The notes under the pieces: generated by a model
The model's database searches: none
What the model was told of the DNA's origin: nothing
The model's input: only the letters and a program-made list of their open reading frames with translations
Sequence record: NC_025447.1
Length of the DNA stretch: 64,000 bases
Strand: one strand, 5' to 3'
In this document: piece by piece, positions 22,001-31,337 of the stretch
Numbering within the stretch: the stretch's first letter is position 1
How the letters are laid out: each line of letters starts with the position of its first letter
Made by a program: the position numbers and the translations under genes

Positions 22001-25000
22001 GCACTTGGGGTACAAGAAATAAATTCACCAGTTACTAGAGAATTCTGACTCCAGATCACGAAATCTTTAGCAATAGTGTTCCAATCTTGTTGAGCACCAC
22101 TATCATTTACATCTTCAAAAATCCAACCATGTTCTTTAAGATATTCACCATATCCACAAATAAAAGTATAAACTTCTTGGTAACTATTGAAAACTTTACC
22201 ATATTCAATTGAAGCTTCAGACTTCCATTCATTATAATGAACAACATTACGGTTTTCCAATTTAAGAGTTACTTTTCTACCATTTTTTACGGGAAGTTTA
22301 TATTTAAATTTAGCACCAACTAGATCATATCCATCAATCTGATATGCACTACCATTCCAAGTAATTTTGATCGCACTCATTTGCTCATCACGGATATTAT
22401 TAGAACGAACAAGACCAATGGTTTGGTTTTCTTGTGAAATAAGACCGAAAGATTTAGCATTGAATGTTAGCTGATCTGCTTTAGTAAATCCTCCAATTTT
22501 ATGACCAACATTTATATAAGAAGAACGAACTACATCCCCATACTTGGTGGTAATATTTTTATTTTGATACATCAAATGGTCACTTACAAACATTTGATAA
22601 CCAATTGTTCTTGTGCTATTTTCACCATGAACTACTGTATTTTTATCAAAATTAATACGCTTACGTGTATCACCATAAAGGAATTGTGAACCATCAGTGA
22701 ATACTTCTTTTAAGTTATCATTGCGGGTATCCCAGAAATAGTTAGCAAATTGTGCTGGTTTAGCTTTATACAAAAGCATCATTTGGTCATATGCAAACAA
22801 TGTAGTGTTCATGTATGTAAATTCCATGTCACCCATATCACCATATGTCCAAGGTTCTGCTCTATGATTTAAAGATCCAGACACTAAACCTAAAATTTCA
22901 GGTGCAATATATTCAACCACACAAATATCAATACCAGAAGATGTTTTATTTCCAGTTTTTGTAATTTTGAATGGCTGTACACCAAATCTTTTATATTTGT
23001 CATATTGACCACGACGATCACCAAATAAAATAGTTCCAGTACTGCTATCGCCAATAGTTCCGTCAATATCCCAAAGACCACTAGGAACTAAATCACCTTG
23101 CTCATTCATAACAAGTGCTTCATATACATATACAACATCACTATCACGTTCACCAACTTGAACAGCCGTTGGTTCGTATTCTTGGTTCCACCAAGTTGGA
23201 CGTTGTGTAAAGCCAAACATTTCCCACGGATGGGTAGCTGGGCGATATGTACCATATTGGTCAGTGTAAATGGCACGCCATGAACCACGTGCAGGAATTT
23301 CAGTACTTTGACCATTAACTACATAATAAGTGCCAGTATAGTTCCAAGTTCTCCAATTGTTAGGATCATAATCATGTGTACTATTACTGATACCATTAGT
23401 TGCGGTGAAGTTAATGTATCCACGTAGTAATAATGTTTGTTTCTCTTCAGCACTATATTCAGTTTTAGTGAAATATGGTGTAGGGAAAAGGTCATCACTA
23501 TTCAATACTGGTACGTAATCAACATCTTTGAATTTATTATCAATACTATTAAAAATTCTATTTTCTAATTCATATACAACATCATCCATTTTATCAACAC
23601 CATTGATAACACGGTATGCTTTGGAAATAATACCAGTATGACTGATGTTATAACAGCTTGGTTTACTACCAGCAGTGAGGAATGTCGCTTTTTCTGGTAC
23701 ATATGCTTGAAGAATACCTAAGAACTGTGGTGTTGGTGGTATAAATGCACGAATGAATCCAGAAGTACTTCCAACATTATCATAATAGAATGGGAATGAA
23801 CTATCACGTCCCATATTAATAGTAGTTAAAATTGCATCAACAATGTTTGCAGCACTATTTTGTAAAAAGTCTGATGGATTTTCATCATACATACGAAGCA
23901 TTTGTGTATTAAATTTATTAATGAATCTAAAATATTCAGATTGCATAAACATAGTTGCTTCAAATAAATCAATATCTTCATTTGCAGTATGTGCCATCAA
24001 TGGAAGCATAGATGCTTCATTTTGGATAATTTTAGTACCTACGCCATTATTAACCAATCCTTTAGCCAAACGTTCTTCATAGTCATTGAAATCATCAGAA
24101 GAACCACGTGTAATGTTCTTTTGAATAATATCCTGAAAATGTAAAGTGTAGTCACCTTGGTTAATGTATATAATATTGGAATTGTATGGGTTATTTTGTA
24201 AGTTAATTGGAACTTCATATGCACCTAATTCTTTATTAGGAGTTACAGTACTGCTATAAGTTCTAATTTGAATAACTGAATCTTCATCCAAATCTACAGT
24301 GCTATCTAAGGTGATACTTTGAACTTGACCTTTTGATACATTTTTGGTATATTTTGATACATCAACACCATCAACAACAACTTCAATTATGTCAGAATCA
24401 TTATCTAAAACTTTTTGTGCTAATTCGAATGTGTGGTCATATTTTACAATCTGAACACCATCACCAGTGATTGGATGCCAGTCTAGATAAGTTTCGCGGT
24501 CTGCTTTATAGTACTGATAGGTTCTATCAACTTCAATAACATATGCATACATACCATCAACTGGTTCTTTAAAAACTTCCATATCATAAACAGTACTGAA
24601 TACACGATACATATCAGTACGTTTGACTTGTGGAGTTTGTTTTACAAATTGTTTAGAGTACTCTTCTGAACGAACCCAATCGGTTTGAAGATTCATTTCA
24701 TTATTTTCATCAATAATGTTATAATAGTATAAACCATCAATTTCAACTTCTTTTCCAAGATGGTCATAGGTATAACGTTGGGATTGTAAAAAGTTTTCAT
24801 AAATGTAATAATTATAATCACCAAGTTCAATGTTATATCCATATACACTATCAGTTGCATAGTTGTAATTTATTTTAAAACCAAACAACTCTGAACCTTT
24901 AAAGTTACTGGATGGATATGTAGTACTGTTGTCAAGTTTGATACCATTACGATCATAAAGTTGGAATTTAGGGAATATGTTAACACTAGTTTTTGATTGT

Positions 25001-26022
25001 GCACGAACCCACAAAGAACCATTCCAGTACATAGAACTGTTACCATACTCATTACCTTTGGTGATTAGAACAACATCACCATCTTGAGGTTCACCACTTG
25101 GGCGTGATTCGGTTTCTTCTTCTGGATCTAATGCCAAACCATAAACACGAGTACCATCCTGCATTTTTTTGACATATACATTATAAATTCTATTATTTTC
25201 ACCATTGTTACCAATACTGGTGAATAGAATACGCATACCATCTTGTGGAATAATACCATCAATACGGATGCCACTATTAATATCTTTTTGTACGATATCT
25301 TCAGGTTTGATTATATCTGAGAATAGATCGACAGTTCCACGGAATTTTGTACCGTAGTTAATTAGTTCAATATTTTTATTATATTCGATAATTGGAGCAC
25401 GGGCACGAATAAAGCGAGAATCTTGCATTAATTCTTCAGTTAAAATTGAACCATCTTCTAAAGTTTCACCTAAAGTATACCAAAAGTTTTGTAGTGACCA
25501 TGTATTACCATTAAGTGCACCACGTTCCATTACAATGTAATCAGGTGAAGTAATATTATAAGAGTTTTTAGTATCCCAAAGATATGAGCTAAAATTGTTC
25601 ATTTTATTTGGGTTAATAGCTGGAGTCCATGCATAAAACTTACCGTTGAACAAACGGCTTTCATTATCGGTTAGTGCTCCATAATGATTCATGTATCCAA
25701 CTAGATCATCATAAAATTGAATTGAACGAATTGTCGAATCATCATTTTTTGAGACGTAAGCAGTGGACAACTGATAAAGTTGACGTGCTACAGTACTTTC
25801 ATGTAAGAAGATATTACCAGCAGCGGCAGGAGAACCCATATCACCAATATAGCCGTCAACTAATTCGTTTTCAGCCGGATTAAACCATTGTTGAATAACA
25901 TCATCACTGACTTTTTGAATATCTTCTAAGCCTTGCATCCACTCAGGCAATCTTTTAATAAAAAGCTTCTTCTGTACTGCTTCAGCCATCTGTGTAGGTT
26001 GAAACTTAAAATTATTAGTCAT
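16051..26022 (-). CDS. Giant (~3320 aa) baseplate wedge-type structural protein
   Basis: Uninterrupted ORF directly downstream of the gp6-like gene; GGAG RBS before ATG 26022 (MTNN); CATAAATA upstream. The gp7-like role is inferred from position only. Confidence 0.55.
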   Translation of the reverse strand: MTNNFKFQPTQMAEAVQKKLFIKRLPEWMQGLEDIQKVSDDVIQQWFNPAENELVDGYIGDMGSPAAAGNIFLHESTVARQLYQLSTAYVSKNDDSTIRSIQFYDDLVGYMNHYGALTDNESRLFNGKFYAWTPAINPNKMNNFSSYLWDTKNSYNITSPDYIVMERGALNGNTWSLQNFWYTLGETLEDGSILTEELMQDSRFIRARAPIIEYNKNIELINYGTKFRGTVDLFSDIIKPEDIVQKDINSGIRIDGIIPQDGMRILFTSIGNNGENNRIYNVYVKKMQDGTRVYGLALDPEEETESRPSGEPQDGDVVLITKGNEYGNSSMYWNGSLWVRAQSKTSVNIFPKFQLYDRNGIKLDNSTTYPSSNFKGSELFGFKINYNYATDSVYGYNIELGDYNYYIYENFLQSQRYTYDHLGKEVEIDGLYYYNIIDENNEMNLQTDWVRSEEYSKQFVKQTPQVKRTDMYRVFSTVYDMEVFKEPVDGMYAYVIEVDRTYQYYKADRETYLDWHPITGDGVQIVKYDHTFELAQKVLDNDSDIIEVVVDGVDVSKYTKNVSKGQVQSITLDSTVDLDEDSVIQIRTYSSTVTPNKELGAYEVPINLQNNPYNSNIIYINQGDYTLHFQDIIQKNITRGSSDDFNDYEERLAKGLVNNGVGTKIIQNEASMLPLMAHTANEDIDLFEATMFMQSEYFRFINKFNTQMLRMYDENPSDFLQNSAANIVDAILTTINMGRDSSFPFYYDNVGSTSGFIRAFIPPTPQFLGILQAYVPEKATFLTAGSKPSCYNISHTGIISKAYRVINGVDKMDDVVYELENRIFNSIDNKFKDVDYVPVLNSDDLFPTPYFTKTEYSAEEKQTLLLRGYINFTATNGISNSTHDYDPNNWRTWNYTGTYYVVNGQSTEIPARGSWRAIYTDQYGTYRPATHPWEMFGFTQRPTWWNQEYEPTAVQVGERDSDVVYVYEALVMNEQGDLVPSGLWDIDGTIGDSSTGTILFGDRRGQYDKYKRFGVQPFKITKTGNKTSSGIDICVVEYIAPEILGLVSGSLNHRAEPWTYGDMGDMEFTYMNTTLFAYDQMMLLYKAKPAQFANYFWDTRNDNLKEVFTDGSQFLYGDTRKRINFDKNTVVHGENSTRTIGYQMFVSDHLMYQNKNITTKYGDVVRSSYINVGHKIGGFTKADQLTFNAKSFGLISQENQTIGLVRSNNIRDEQMSAIKITWNGSAYQIDGYDLVGAKFKYKLPVKNGRKVTLKLENRNVVHYNEWKSEASIEYGKVFNSYQEVYTFICGYGEYLKEHGWIFEDVNDSGAQQDWNTIAKDFVIWSQNSLVTGEFISCTPSAANAKFGADFGSVQSITQNNGGVWSLLDDNNQGIRQYEIETSRIGNIFTVRTLESNKRIALIRLSLCSYEHAVIFDDKTIFGDYIYQPTYGSIQELIKMYGYITGSWTGRLQAPGFIILEAGTLPSFEKLVSDFQHYYDSETPVSDVQLQELSNHLIGYQSRDYLQRMISSDVSRVDFYKGFIHDKGTNQVLERVLRVSKSYDTDEYKALQEWAFKIGTYGNIDGKKNLQFKLINDQFKQQPQMVSFDVNATSNGNGNHIVYFGEQGKDPRWITRPNGKFSFPMRSGRSENIQLPDIGPVTLDEVSYTTKDFSTAYNDRITYTNGKGENPESVWMFKDGNGLWNIFELVDTNVQMVSITPIENTDVYAEQFCKVTLTDNVPLEDGDYYYFVDETNFMPDTLTVESQYYTAGSDPKVMVVPFDTSIDIEFTDPDTRPRLYRYVSRFASTDERQAYIDKKYSFKAPQSTLFDRPTTYDERTNITELYLNVYDPINGVIPGAAMQNVTYTSPVDPAQYNSNGELIQAWGADKVGQVWWNTSTAFYLDYTRAIYDADGNVDIDATNEYKRYNWGRLLPHSTIDVLEWVCSPVEPYNWDKYCKDVAKKNKNNTMYLPSGTALEDNYSTFLEYDSSTDSYVTKYYFWVRDTIYVPPLHTRTKSCTDIARIIKDPTQLNIPWFAPINENSFILSNMQFKVNDDTSILTVSYYMDSTEVVKHDQYQLCKEGDSYNFNPLIWDSMWNSLIGQETTESGSVINLLYPDVDNGLGSNKTWFQNVIEARRNFVESANNYYRSQNITTNSVVMEDVFNVKTTEVNPNEVSFRVLSYNNELVIAVESDKFKENDAVILSTSGYLPNPLTSSAVYFIHFDENGYIQLMNSPANAGSVVTITLENKGEGQHKMIKQSDYVESLGTSLDMTQYWSYADWYDVGYDSNTTYTQESSLEDANTKNYQVGDIIRVTDSENIWTLYIKSQSRDSIYWKAIGRENSTVELNDMLYADYSVHNDNGSLSNREINVRKALALLKNSFDLHQSEIVFDMVKYVHVEQSVVDWVFKTSYIYIVGLEQSLVQNYSNDNLINQIVEYFEEVKPYRTKIRSQIEQKTSDDDLIKGLCNDLDPNGYIFVDGSWIKTEKDIWDYEYAQFNEITQKWEQVGSLPSDFVTPNRRFQEIDIIMHYDNIQCKPNEDLASINELVSVNNKYQSNEKDAVSNYELQRYIYSFPEYSEETFDLLIAYQMQIYYPELDVTLGTAYGVNQWYKDHAEDLEATDEFTATLERVYKESTHNDMFTDLRQYVQYNTLANRLKLYKDISDEKIHDEVGCGFSGLTYNDNPSTRLPLGFSSSNDYNYGYFEISSELYQKYISLIKDKNPDASDYEVKVKLEVEYGVYVYRYDEVGGDTRFYTDAIHVLAGMRGLFDKDATDKYEKAEEILSKTPIDIYAITMIPRKYVYLNVNGVYQSIPDEQSIDDFMEDYFITNGEMVELAEINLDDLPLDQNNPMYSDYQYILDSITEAKYFNDMNAFDNLALESQTSSIKWEVKDDEVDPYIVDISDINPSGRDVGQIRFTVDGYGFDNVSLVQLRDNSRYQTEGMAIINPYKHTEAIVSIPSYAKIENDINKTTSKFDEKYFYRVRSINSLTEAEIVDNDLSDGDKVMIFTPDGEDFVRYQNHTWETILRVSNIKNNTTPILFTVRNTGKETIELIDESTGAVLRYDNITLAQQNEPVQPLALNIVRVRTFADPEFVKNGIKLYEQNRNYTIDVINYDVFYDTTLNGGKYNDGITPDDVDVWIISNEIFDVDGITIDNGYNLPITGAGVLSELARTKMTDSLEINVIEYDSSVIQPFRNNEGIWVYGFPMVDGMYIGVVGGTVTNITTISEENTTYVSQPKSISPYSIRNNVLSGSAANMNDIISIGYEKVEVRNANNLLRGVMYSAEHDFKLNTTYSFNGINLGNYDMLKRYTQNSYTIDLSVYTDSLQVSGNDIKNILLVK

Positions 26023-26070
26023 TTTTGGACTCCATATAATTCGTTCATTCATTTGATTTATTTATGATAT

Positions 26071-26098
26071 AAAAAAGGCGTTCCGAAGAACGCCCGTT
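26071..26098 (-). terminator. Terminator with cUUCGg loop after gp6
   Basis: Minus strand GGGCGTT-CTTCGG-AACGCCTTTTTT. Confidence 0.8.
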
Positions 26099-26101
26099 AT
26101 A

Positions 26102-29100
26102 TTAAGAACCGATATTAATATTACTTTTAGCTAGTGAGTTAACAATTTGAACATTTTCAACAGATGCAGTACTCAAAAATATTTGGTCTGAACGTGAAGG
26201 GATTTCAAATAGAGAACCAAATTTTGAATTTGGATTTTGTGCAACTATAACAATAGTACTAATATGTCTACCTAACTGTGAGTGTATGTAAGTACACAAA
26301 TCAGTATAATAGAAACTTTCACCGAAATCCCAGTTATCAACATTGAAGTATTCATTAGTTAATGCTATGACATTTTGACGAATTTCATCATCACTCATTG
26401 TGCTGTTTGGTAATTTCACTACTTTAAAATCAGCTTTGTAATCTTCAGCAGCACTGTTTCCAAATAAAGGTAAGTACTCAGCACTATGCCAAATGATACT
26501 ATCACTAATGACTATTTTTTGTTCAACATCTTTGAACATATCTTTTAATTCAACCGATGTTGGTGGTTTAGGAATACTACCAACAGCATTATTTTTCAAC
26601 CAAACGTCAACTTCAGTTTTATATGAATTGGTTAATACATACATATCAATTAAGTTTGTTCTACTAGGATCAATGCGATTGTCGTCAGGTGCATAGTGTT
26701 TCCAATGGAAGTCTATACTAGTACGTGCATTAGTTTTAACAGTGTACTGTGAAGTAACATCTTTGTATCCATAATAATCTAGCTTCTGATTCTCGTCAGC
26801 ATTAGTTCCCATGTTATTAATTGCACGATAAAAAGCCAATTCAGGACTAACAGTGCCAGTATCATCGGAATAAGTTAAATTACTAATTAGTTGTCCCAAA
26901 CGATCATTGTTATTGCCAACTGTTTGTTCAATAAAATAATATTTACCATCATAGTTAAAACCAACTAAAAATCCAGAACCTTTACTATATAATCCACTCA
27001 ATGTGGTTGAACGAATTGCGTTATTTCTAACAAATTCAGTTCTTTTATATGCATTCGGCTCTGCCAAAGCTTGTTCCATTGTATAAGACCACGATGAATC
27101 AAGAAGTGTGAAGGTATCATTTGGTAACGACAGTACTGATATAGTGAAATCACTATTTTCCTGAAATACCAAAATACCACCATATTTTAATGCATCGGTT
27201 CCAGTCCAAGTAGGAACAATTTCTTTAAATTGGTTTGGTTCCAATGGTATACCATTACTATCTACTTTCCTAGATGTAACAATAACACGAGAACCATCTA
27301 GATAGCCATTCTCTTGTTGAATTGTGTCATAAATTTGAAAATCTATATTACTTGTCAATCCTGAATTACTACTACTAGTAGTGTTAGATGATAAAATTTC
27401 AATCTTATCACTTTGAACTGTACCAGTACTTATATCAGTAATTTTTTTAGATGATACAAAGTAAAATCTTACTTTTTCTCCACCCACAAAAATATATTCA
27501 ATACCGTTAGCATCAAATTCCCAAGTTTCTGCTGTATATTTTACATTTATTATAATTAAAACTTCATTACCATTATACACAATAGTATCGTCATTAGTAC
27601 TTGCTTCGATTGGAACCCATGAAGTTGTTTCTTTATCATGTACAATTACAAAATCGGTTTTTTTATCCAACATAGCAGAAATAGACTGAACTTCAACTGT
27701 GTTAAATCTAGTTCTATATGGTAATATGTACTCTATTGCTTGCATTCCACTAGGAACAGATGTGCTTAGTACATAAAAACCATTATCTAACACACTTACA
27801 ACACTTGCCCATATCGTAGTACCAGAATTAGAAAATTTAATAAGAGTACCTACCTGATACGAACCATACACTGTTCCAGACGAACCCAAAATTCTGCCAT
27901 ATGTATTGGTTGTGTAATTTGAATTGTACACTGGAGTCCATGCTTGTTGTATTTCAATACCAATTGTATTGGATGGATACGCTTGGTAACGTTGTATTAC
28001 TGCATTTTCCCCAATCAATGGTTGAATATTGTCAATAACAATACTAGCATTTGTTTTTGTAGTTGGGAGCAATAACGATCTATTAAATTGCGTGTTTTCT
28101 TGATATAATGCACCATCATCACTAAAAACGTCGGTATTCTGATACTTACCAGTAGGATCATTGATATCAATGAACCTTGATTGACCACTATAAATTCTAT
28201 TAATAGCTTTAGATTTAAGTACTGTATTTCCTAAACTAAGTGGTGCTATATTATAATCTTCACCATTGACAAAACGGTTTTGGGTATAGTACATTTGTGG
28301 TGCACGTGCTTTAATCTGCTCAATAGTTTCAGCACTTTGTGCACGGTCGGATTCATATTGTAATGAAAAACGTATATCCAATGTACTAGATTCATAACTT
28401 GACTGTGTTTTTGTACGATATGTATATTTTACGCTTTTGTTTTGAATTTCAGAAGTTTTAATGTTATATGTTTTACCATTACTAACACGATACCATACAC
28501 GGAACGTCCCACGGGGAACAACACCACTTCTTGAGTCTGGGTACTTAATTGTTATTTGGTCTTTATCACGAGTAGTAACAGCAAAAATTGTTTTTAATTG
28601 ACGATTAACAGTGTTATATGCAATACTTTCCATTGATGGAACTTTTGTCCATTTGGTACGAACAATACCATCTTCATTTATTTCTTGAACCCATACATCA
28701 GTTTCGTTGATATTATCAACGTTAATATCTTGTATACGGTTCTCTTCACGGATAGCATATTGATAATCTTGATATGTTAATGTACCTTGTACGAAATATA
28801 CAAAAAACCCAGTATTTGGTGAGCTAAATCCATTACCATCATTTTGATAAACAATATATTTTTGCTCTTGTGGTTCTGGATGTCGTTCTTCAACACCAAC
28901 AGACGTAATATCAGGATTCACTACTTCAAATGTCATAGATTCACCATTGACAGTTGCAATAAATGGAATACTGGGTGCTGTCATTGGGATGGTGTTCATT
29001 CGATATAGTTGACGGGAGACACCATTAACATCAATACGCTTGACTGGATTACCAAATTGGTTAGTACTGACAAATGAACTGTTCATTACTAGAATAAAGT

Positions 29101-29563
29101 TTTCATACCAGTTAGCATCCATCGGGTCATTCCAACGAATAATTTTATCTTTTAATGATTCATTAAAACTATTACGAACATCTTGGTTTGTTTTAATTTC
29201 GGTTAATTTAGCAACTGCACGACCTGGATATGAGCGGCGTGGTGAGTAAGAAATCATTTTAGCTAGTTTTAGTACTGACGCACGACGAGTTGCAGTATCT
29301 AAAAAGTTTTCACGCGTGTTCAAATCCATACGAAATGCCAAGTTTTGTCCTAGCATAGAAATCGTATCTAAAATAAAAATAAACTGGTCGTTTTCGATCC
29401 AGTCGTTAAATGAATCTGGGTAAGTTGCACGTAGATAATCAATCATACTCTGACGGATAGTGTCGAAGTCATAAGCTGTTAGATTGATTTTATAAAAACT
29501 TTCATATACTTGAGTCCAATCCTCACCACTATATAAATTAGACTGTCTTTTTTGTTGTGACAT
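26102..29563 (-). CDS. gp6: T4 gp6-like baseplate wedge subunit
   Basis: LTAYDFDTIRQSMIDYLR, FLDTATRRASVLKLAKMISY and ARAPQMYYTQNRFVNGEDY motifs. Confidence 0.8.
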   Translation of the reverse strand: MSQQKRQSNLYSGEDWTQVYESFYKINLTAYDFDTIRQSMIDYLRATYPDSFNDWIENDQFIFILDTISMLGQNLAFRMDLNTRENFLDTATRRASVLKLAKMISYSPRRSYPGRAVAKLTEIKTNQDVRNSFNESLKDKIIRWNDPMDANWYENFILVMNSSFVSTNQFGNPVKRIDVNGVSRQLYRMNTIPMTAPSIPFIATVNGESMTFEVVNPDITSVGVEERHPEPQEQKYIVYQNDGNGFSSPNTGFFVYFVQGTLTYQDYQYAIREENRIQDINVDNINETDVWVQEINEDGIVRTKWTKVPSMESIAYNTVNRQLKTIFAVTTRDKDQITIKYPDSRSGVVPRGTFRVWYRVSNGKTYNIKTSEIQNKSVKYTYRTKTQSSYESSTLDIRFSLQYESDRAQSAETIEQIKARAPQMYYTQNRFVNGEDYNIAPLSLGNTVLKSKAINRIYSGQSRFIDINDPTGKYQNTDVFSDDGALYQENTQFNRSLLLPTTKTNASIVIDNIQPLIGENAVIQRYQAYPSNTIGIEIQQAWTPVYNSNYTTNTYGRILGSSGTVYGSYQVGTLIKFSNSGTTIWASVVSVLDNGFYVLSTSVPSGMQAIEYILPYRTRFNTVEVQSISAMLDKKTDFVIVHDKETTSWVPIEASTNDDTIVYNGNEVLIIINVKYTAETWEFDANGIEYIFVGGEKVRFYFVSSKKITDISTGTVQSDKIEILSSNTTSSSNSGLTSNIDFQIYDTIQQENGYLDGSRVIVTSRKVDSNGIPLEPNQFKEIVPTWTGTDALKYGGILVFQENSDFTISVLSLPNDTFTLLDSSWSYTMEQALAEPNAYKRTEFVRNNAIRSTTLSGLYSKGSGFLVGFNYDGKYYFIEQTVGNNNDRLGQLISNLTYSDDTGTVSPELAFYRAINNMGTNADENQKLDYYGYKDVTSQYTVKTNARTSIDFHWKHYAPDDNRIDPSRTNLIDMYVLTNSYKTEVDVWLKNNAVGSIPKPPTSVELKDMFKDVEQKIVISDSIIWHSAEYLPLFGNSAAEDYKADFKVVKLPNSTMSDDEIRQNVIALTNEYFNVDNWDFGESFYYTDLCTYIHSQLGRHISTIVIVAQNPNSKFGSLFEIPSRSDQIFLSTASVENVQIVNSLAKSNINIGS

Positions 29564-29567
29564 TATT

Positions 29568-30332
29568 TTAATCCTTTAATAATATGTTAAAATTATCATA
29601 AAAGTACTTTTTTAGTACCGAAATATAGTCTTCATTATACTTCAATCGAAGTAAATTTATTCCATTCTCGGTGCAGTACGTGTTTTTAATTTTATCATTG
29701 TGTTGAGTTTGTTTTAGTGATTTTGTTCCACCCCAATGCTCTGAACATTGAAAATGTTGTTCACCATCATATTCGATACACAAGTTTAAATCTTCAATAT
29801 AAAAATCAAATGGCAATGTTAAAATATTCTTACAATTATCAAATCTCTTTTCTCTAACATATTTAAATGAAGATAATATATTTTCTATATCTGATACTGC
29901 CTTGGATTGAGTACTATCTCTCATACATTTTTCACACCCGTATCTACTATTCAAGTGATTATCAGGTCGCTGGTAGAATATACCATGTATTGGACAAATT
30001 ATTGATATATGTGTTTTATTATTAACATAATTAGCCATACTATAATCAAATTTATTTTTAAATTTAAAATTGGCTTTTTTCTTGAAATTTAAAAAATTAT
30101 GTGGACTTTTTTGCCTATTTGTATTATATTCAATAGAACATTTCATGCATCCTTTGCCACATGTATGGTCATTTGGTGTTTGTAGAAAAAATCCATGTTT
30201 TGCACAGCCAATCCATACTTTTGTTTTAGCATTATGATATTTAACCATACTATAGTCATATCGTATACCATGAACTTTTATCGCATTGGTTACAAATTTA
30301 TATTTTGTCGATCTAGTGGTTGCATATTTCAT
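29568..30332 (-). mobile_element. Free-standing homing-endonuclease-like gene (DUF723-type Cys repeats + PD-(D/E)XK/Vsr-like nuclease)
   Basis: Two YDYSMxxY...CxxHGxFxQxPxxH...GCxxC repeats; C-terminal LPFDFYIEDLNLCIEYDGEQHF; lies between gp25 and gp6. Confidence 0.75.
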
Positions 30333-30367
30333 ACATCACTCCATGATTTATATAGAAATATTTATTC

Positions 30368-30399
30368 AAAAAGAAAAGCACTCCGAAGAGTGCTTTTGT
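30368..30399 (-). terminator. Terminator with cUUCGg loop after gp25
   Basis: Minus strand AAAAGCACT-CTTCGG-AGTGCTTTTCTTTT. Confidence 0.8.
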
Positions 30400-30401
30400 A
30401 A

Positions 30402-30797
30402 TTATAAAGACGATACTGAATATGTTGCCATTCTGTTATTACTTCTTGCATCGAATACAATAGTAAGTTCTTCTAATGTATCCAATACTACGTACTGTAA
30501 TACAATATTCATTTGGTATCCATATTCTATTCTTGAAATTTGTAATTTTTTAAGATTTAAACGTGGGTCTAAGCTAATTATTCTACGGGCATCTGCTTCT
30601 AAAAGGTTGATAGTATTATAACCTTCCAATTCAAATAGCAAATCCCATGCAATAAACCCATAGTCAGCATCAAATGCTCGTTCACCTTTTTTTGTATTGA
30701 AATGATTCATTAAATCTTGGCGAACCAATTCACTATCATACAATGTTTCAGTTCTACCAACTACAGGGGTAGAAAACCCTTTAAAAACAACTGCCAT
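30402..30797 (-). CDS. gp25: gp25/GPW-like baseplate wedge subunit
   Basis: DLMNHFNTKKGERAFDADYG...RIISLDPRL motif. Confidence 0.85.
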   Translation of the reverse strand: MAVVFKGFSTPVVGRTETLYDSELVRQDLMNHFNTKKGERAFDADYGFIAWDLLFELEGYNTINLLEADARRIISLDPRLNLKKLQISRIEYGYQMNIVLQYVVLDTLEELTIVFDARSNNRMATYSVSSL

Positions 30798-30812
30798 TGT
30801 CTATTTCCTTTA

Positions 30813-31301
30813 TTATACGGATTCAACGATACGTGCCATCTTTTCCGCTCGTGAAGTGGTTTGTTTATACCATGTACTATCACGCAATTCTTTACCAGCA
30901 GTTTTGTAATCAGCTTTACCTAATGCGGTCATTGCTTTTTTAAATTTCAAAACTTTGGTTTTTCCCATTTGGAATACCATTAACCATAATACACGTTGTA
31001 CCTGTACTGGTGCGGTCATACCGAATTGTTCATAAATTGATTTTGCATCATTGTACGCAGTTTGAGCATCTTTGAGAAGAAGTTGGTCAGCTTGAGCTTC
31101 GGTCAAACCATTCTTGAAATTTTCACCAGGAAGAACTAGATGACCATAACCAATAGTATCAAGACCTAAACTGTCTTTATATACCCAAAACTTATCATTT
31201 TTAAAATAACCAAGTTTTTTCTGATAAGCAATAGTTCCTTCAAATTCTTTAATTTCCTTAAAAAATTGCTCATCTGTATTTTTAATTTCCCATTTACTCA
31301 T
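30813..31301 (-). CDS. T4-type lysozyme (GH24 muramidase), candidate endolysin
   Basis: EFEG...YKDSLGLDTIGYGHL, MVFQMG, STWYKQTTSRA; own TATAAATA late promoter at 31318-31325 (minus). Confidence 0.85.
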   Translation of the reverse strand: MSKWEIKNTDEQFFKEIKEFEGTIAYQKKLGYFKNDKFWVYKDSLGLDTIGYGHLVLPGENFKNGLTEAQADQLLLKDAQTAYNDAKSIYEQFGMTAPVQVQRVLWLMVFQMGKTKVLKFKKAMTALGKADYKTAGKELRDSTWYKQTTSRAEKMARIVESV

Positions 31302-31337
31302 AAAGATATCCTCGTTTTATTTATAGTGCTAAAATAT

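Noticed and set aside
29280-29540. Possible recoded target patch at the 5' end of gp6, next to the second endonuclease
   Set aside because: C-ending codons look somewhat frequent, but gp6 lacks strong codon bias, so the contrast cannot be judged by eye.
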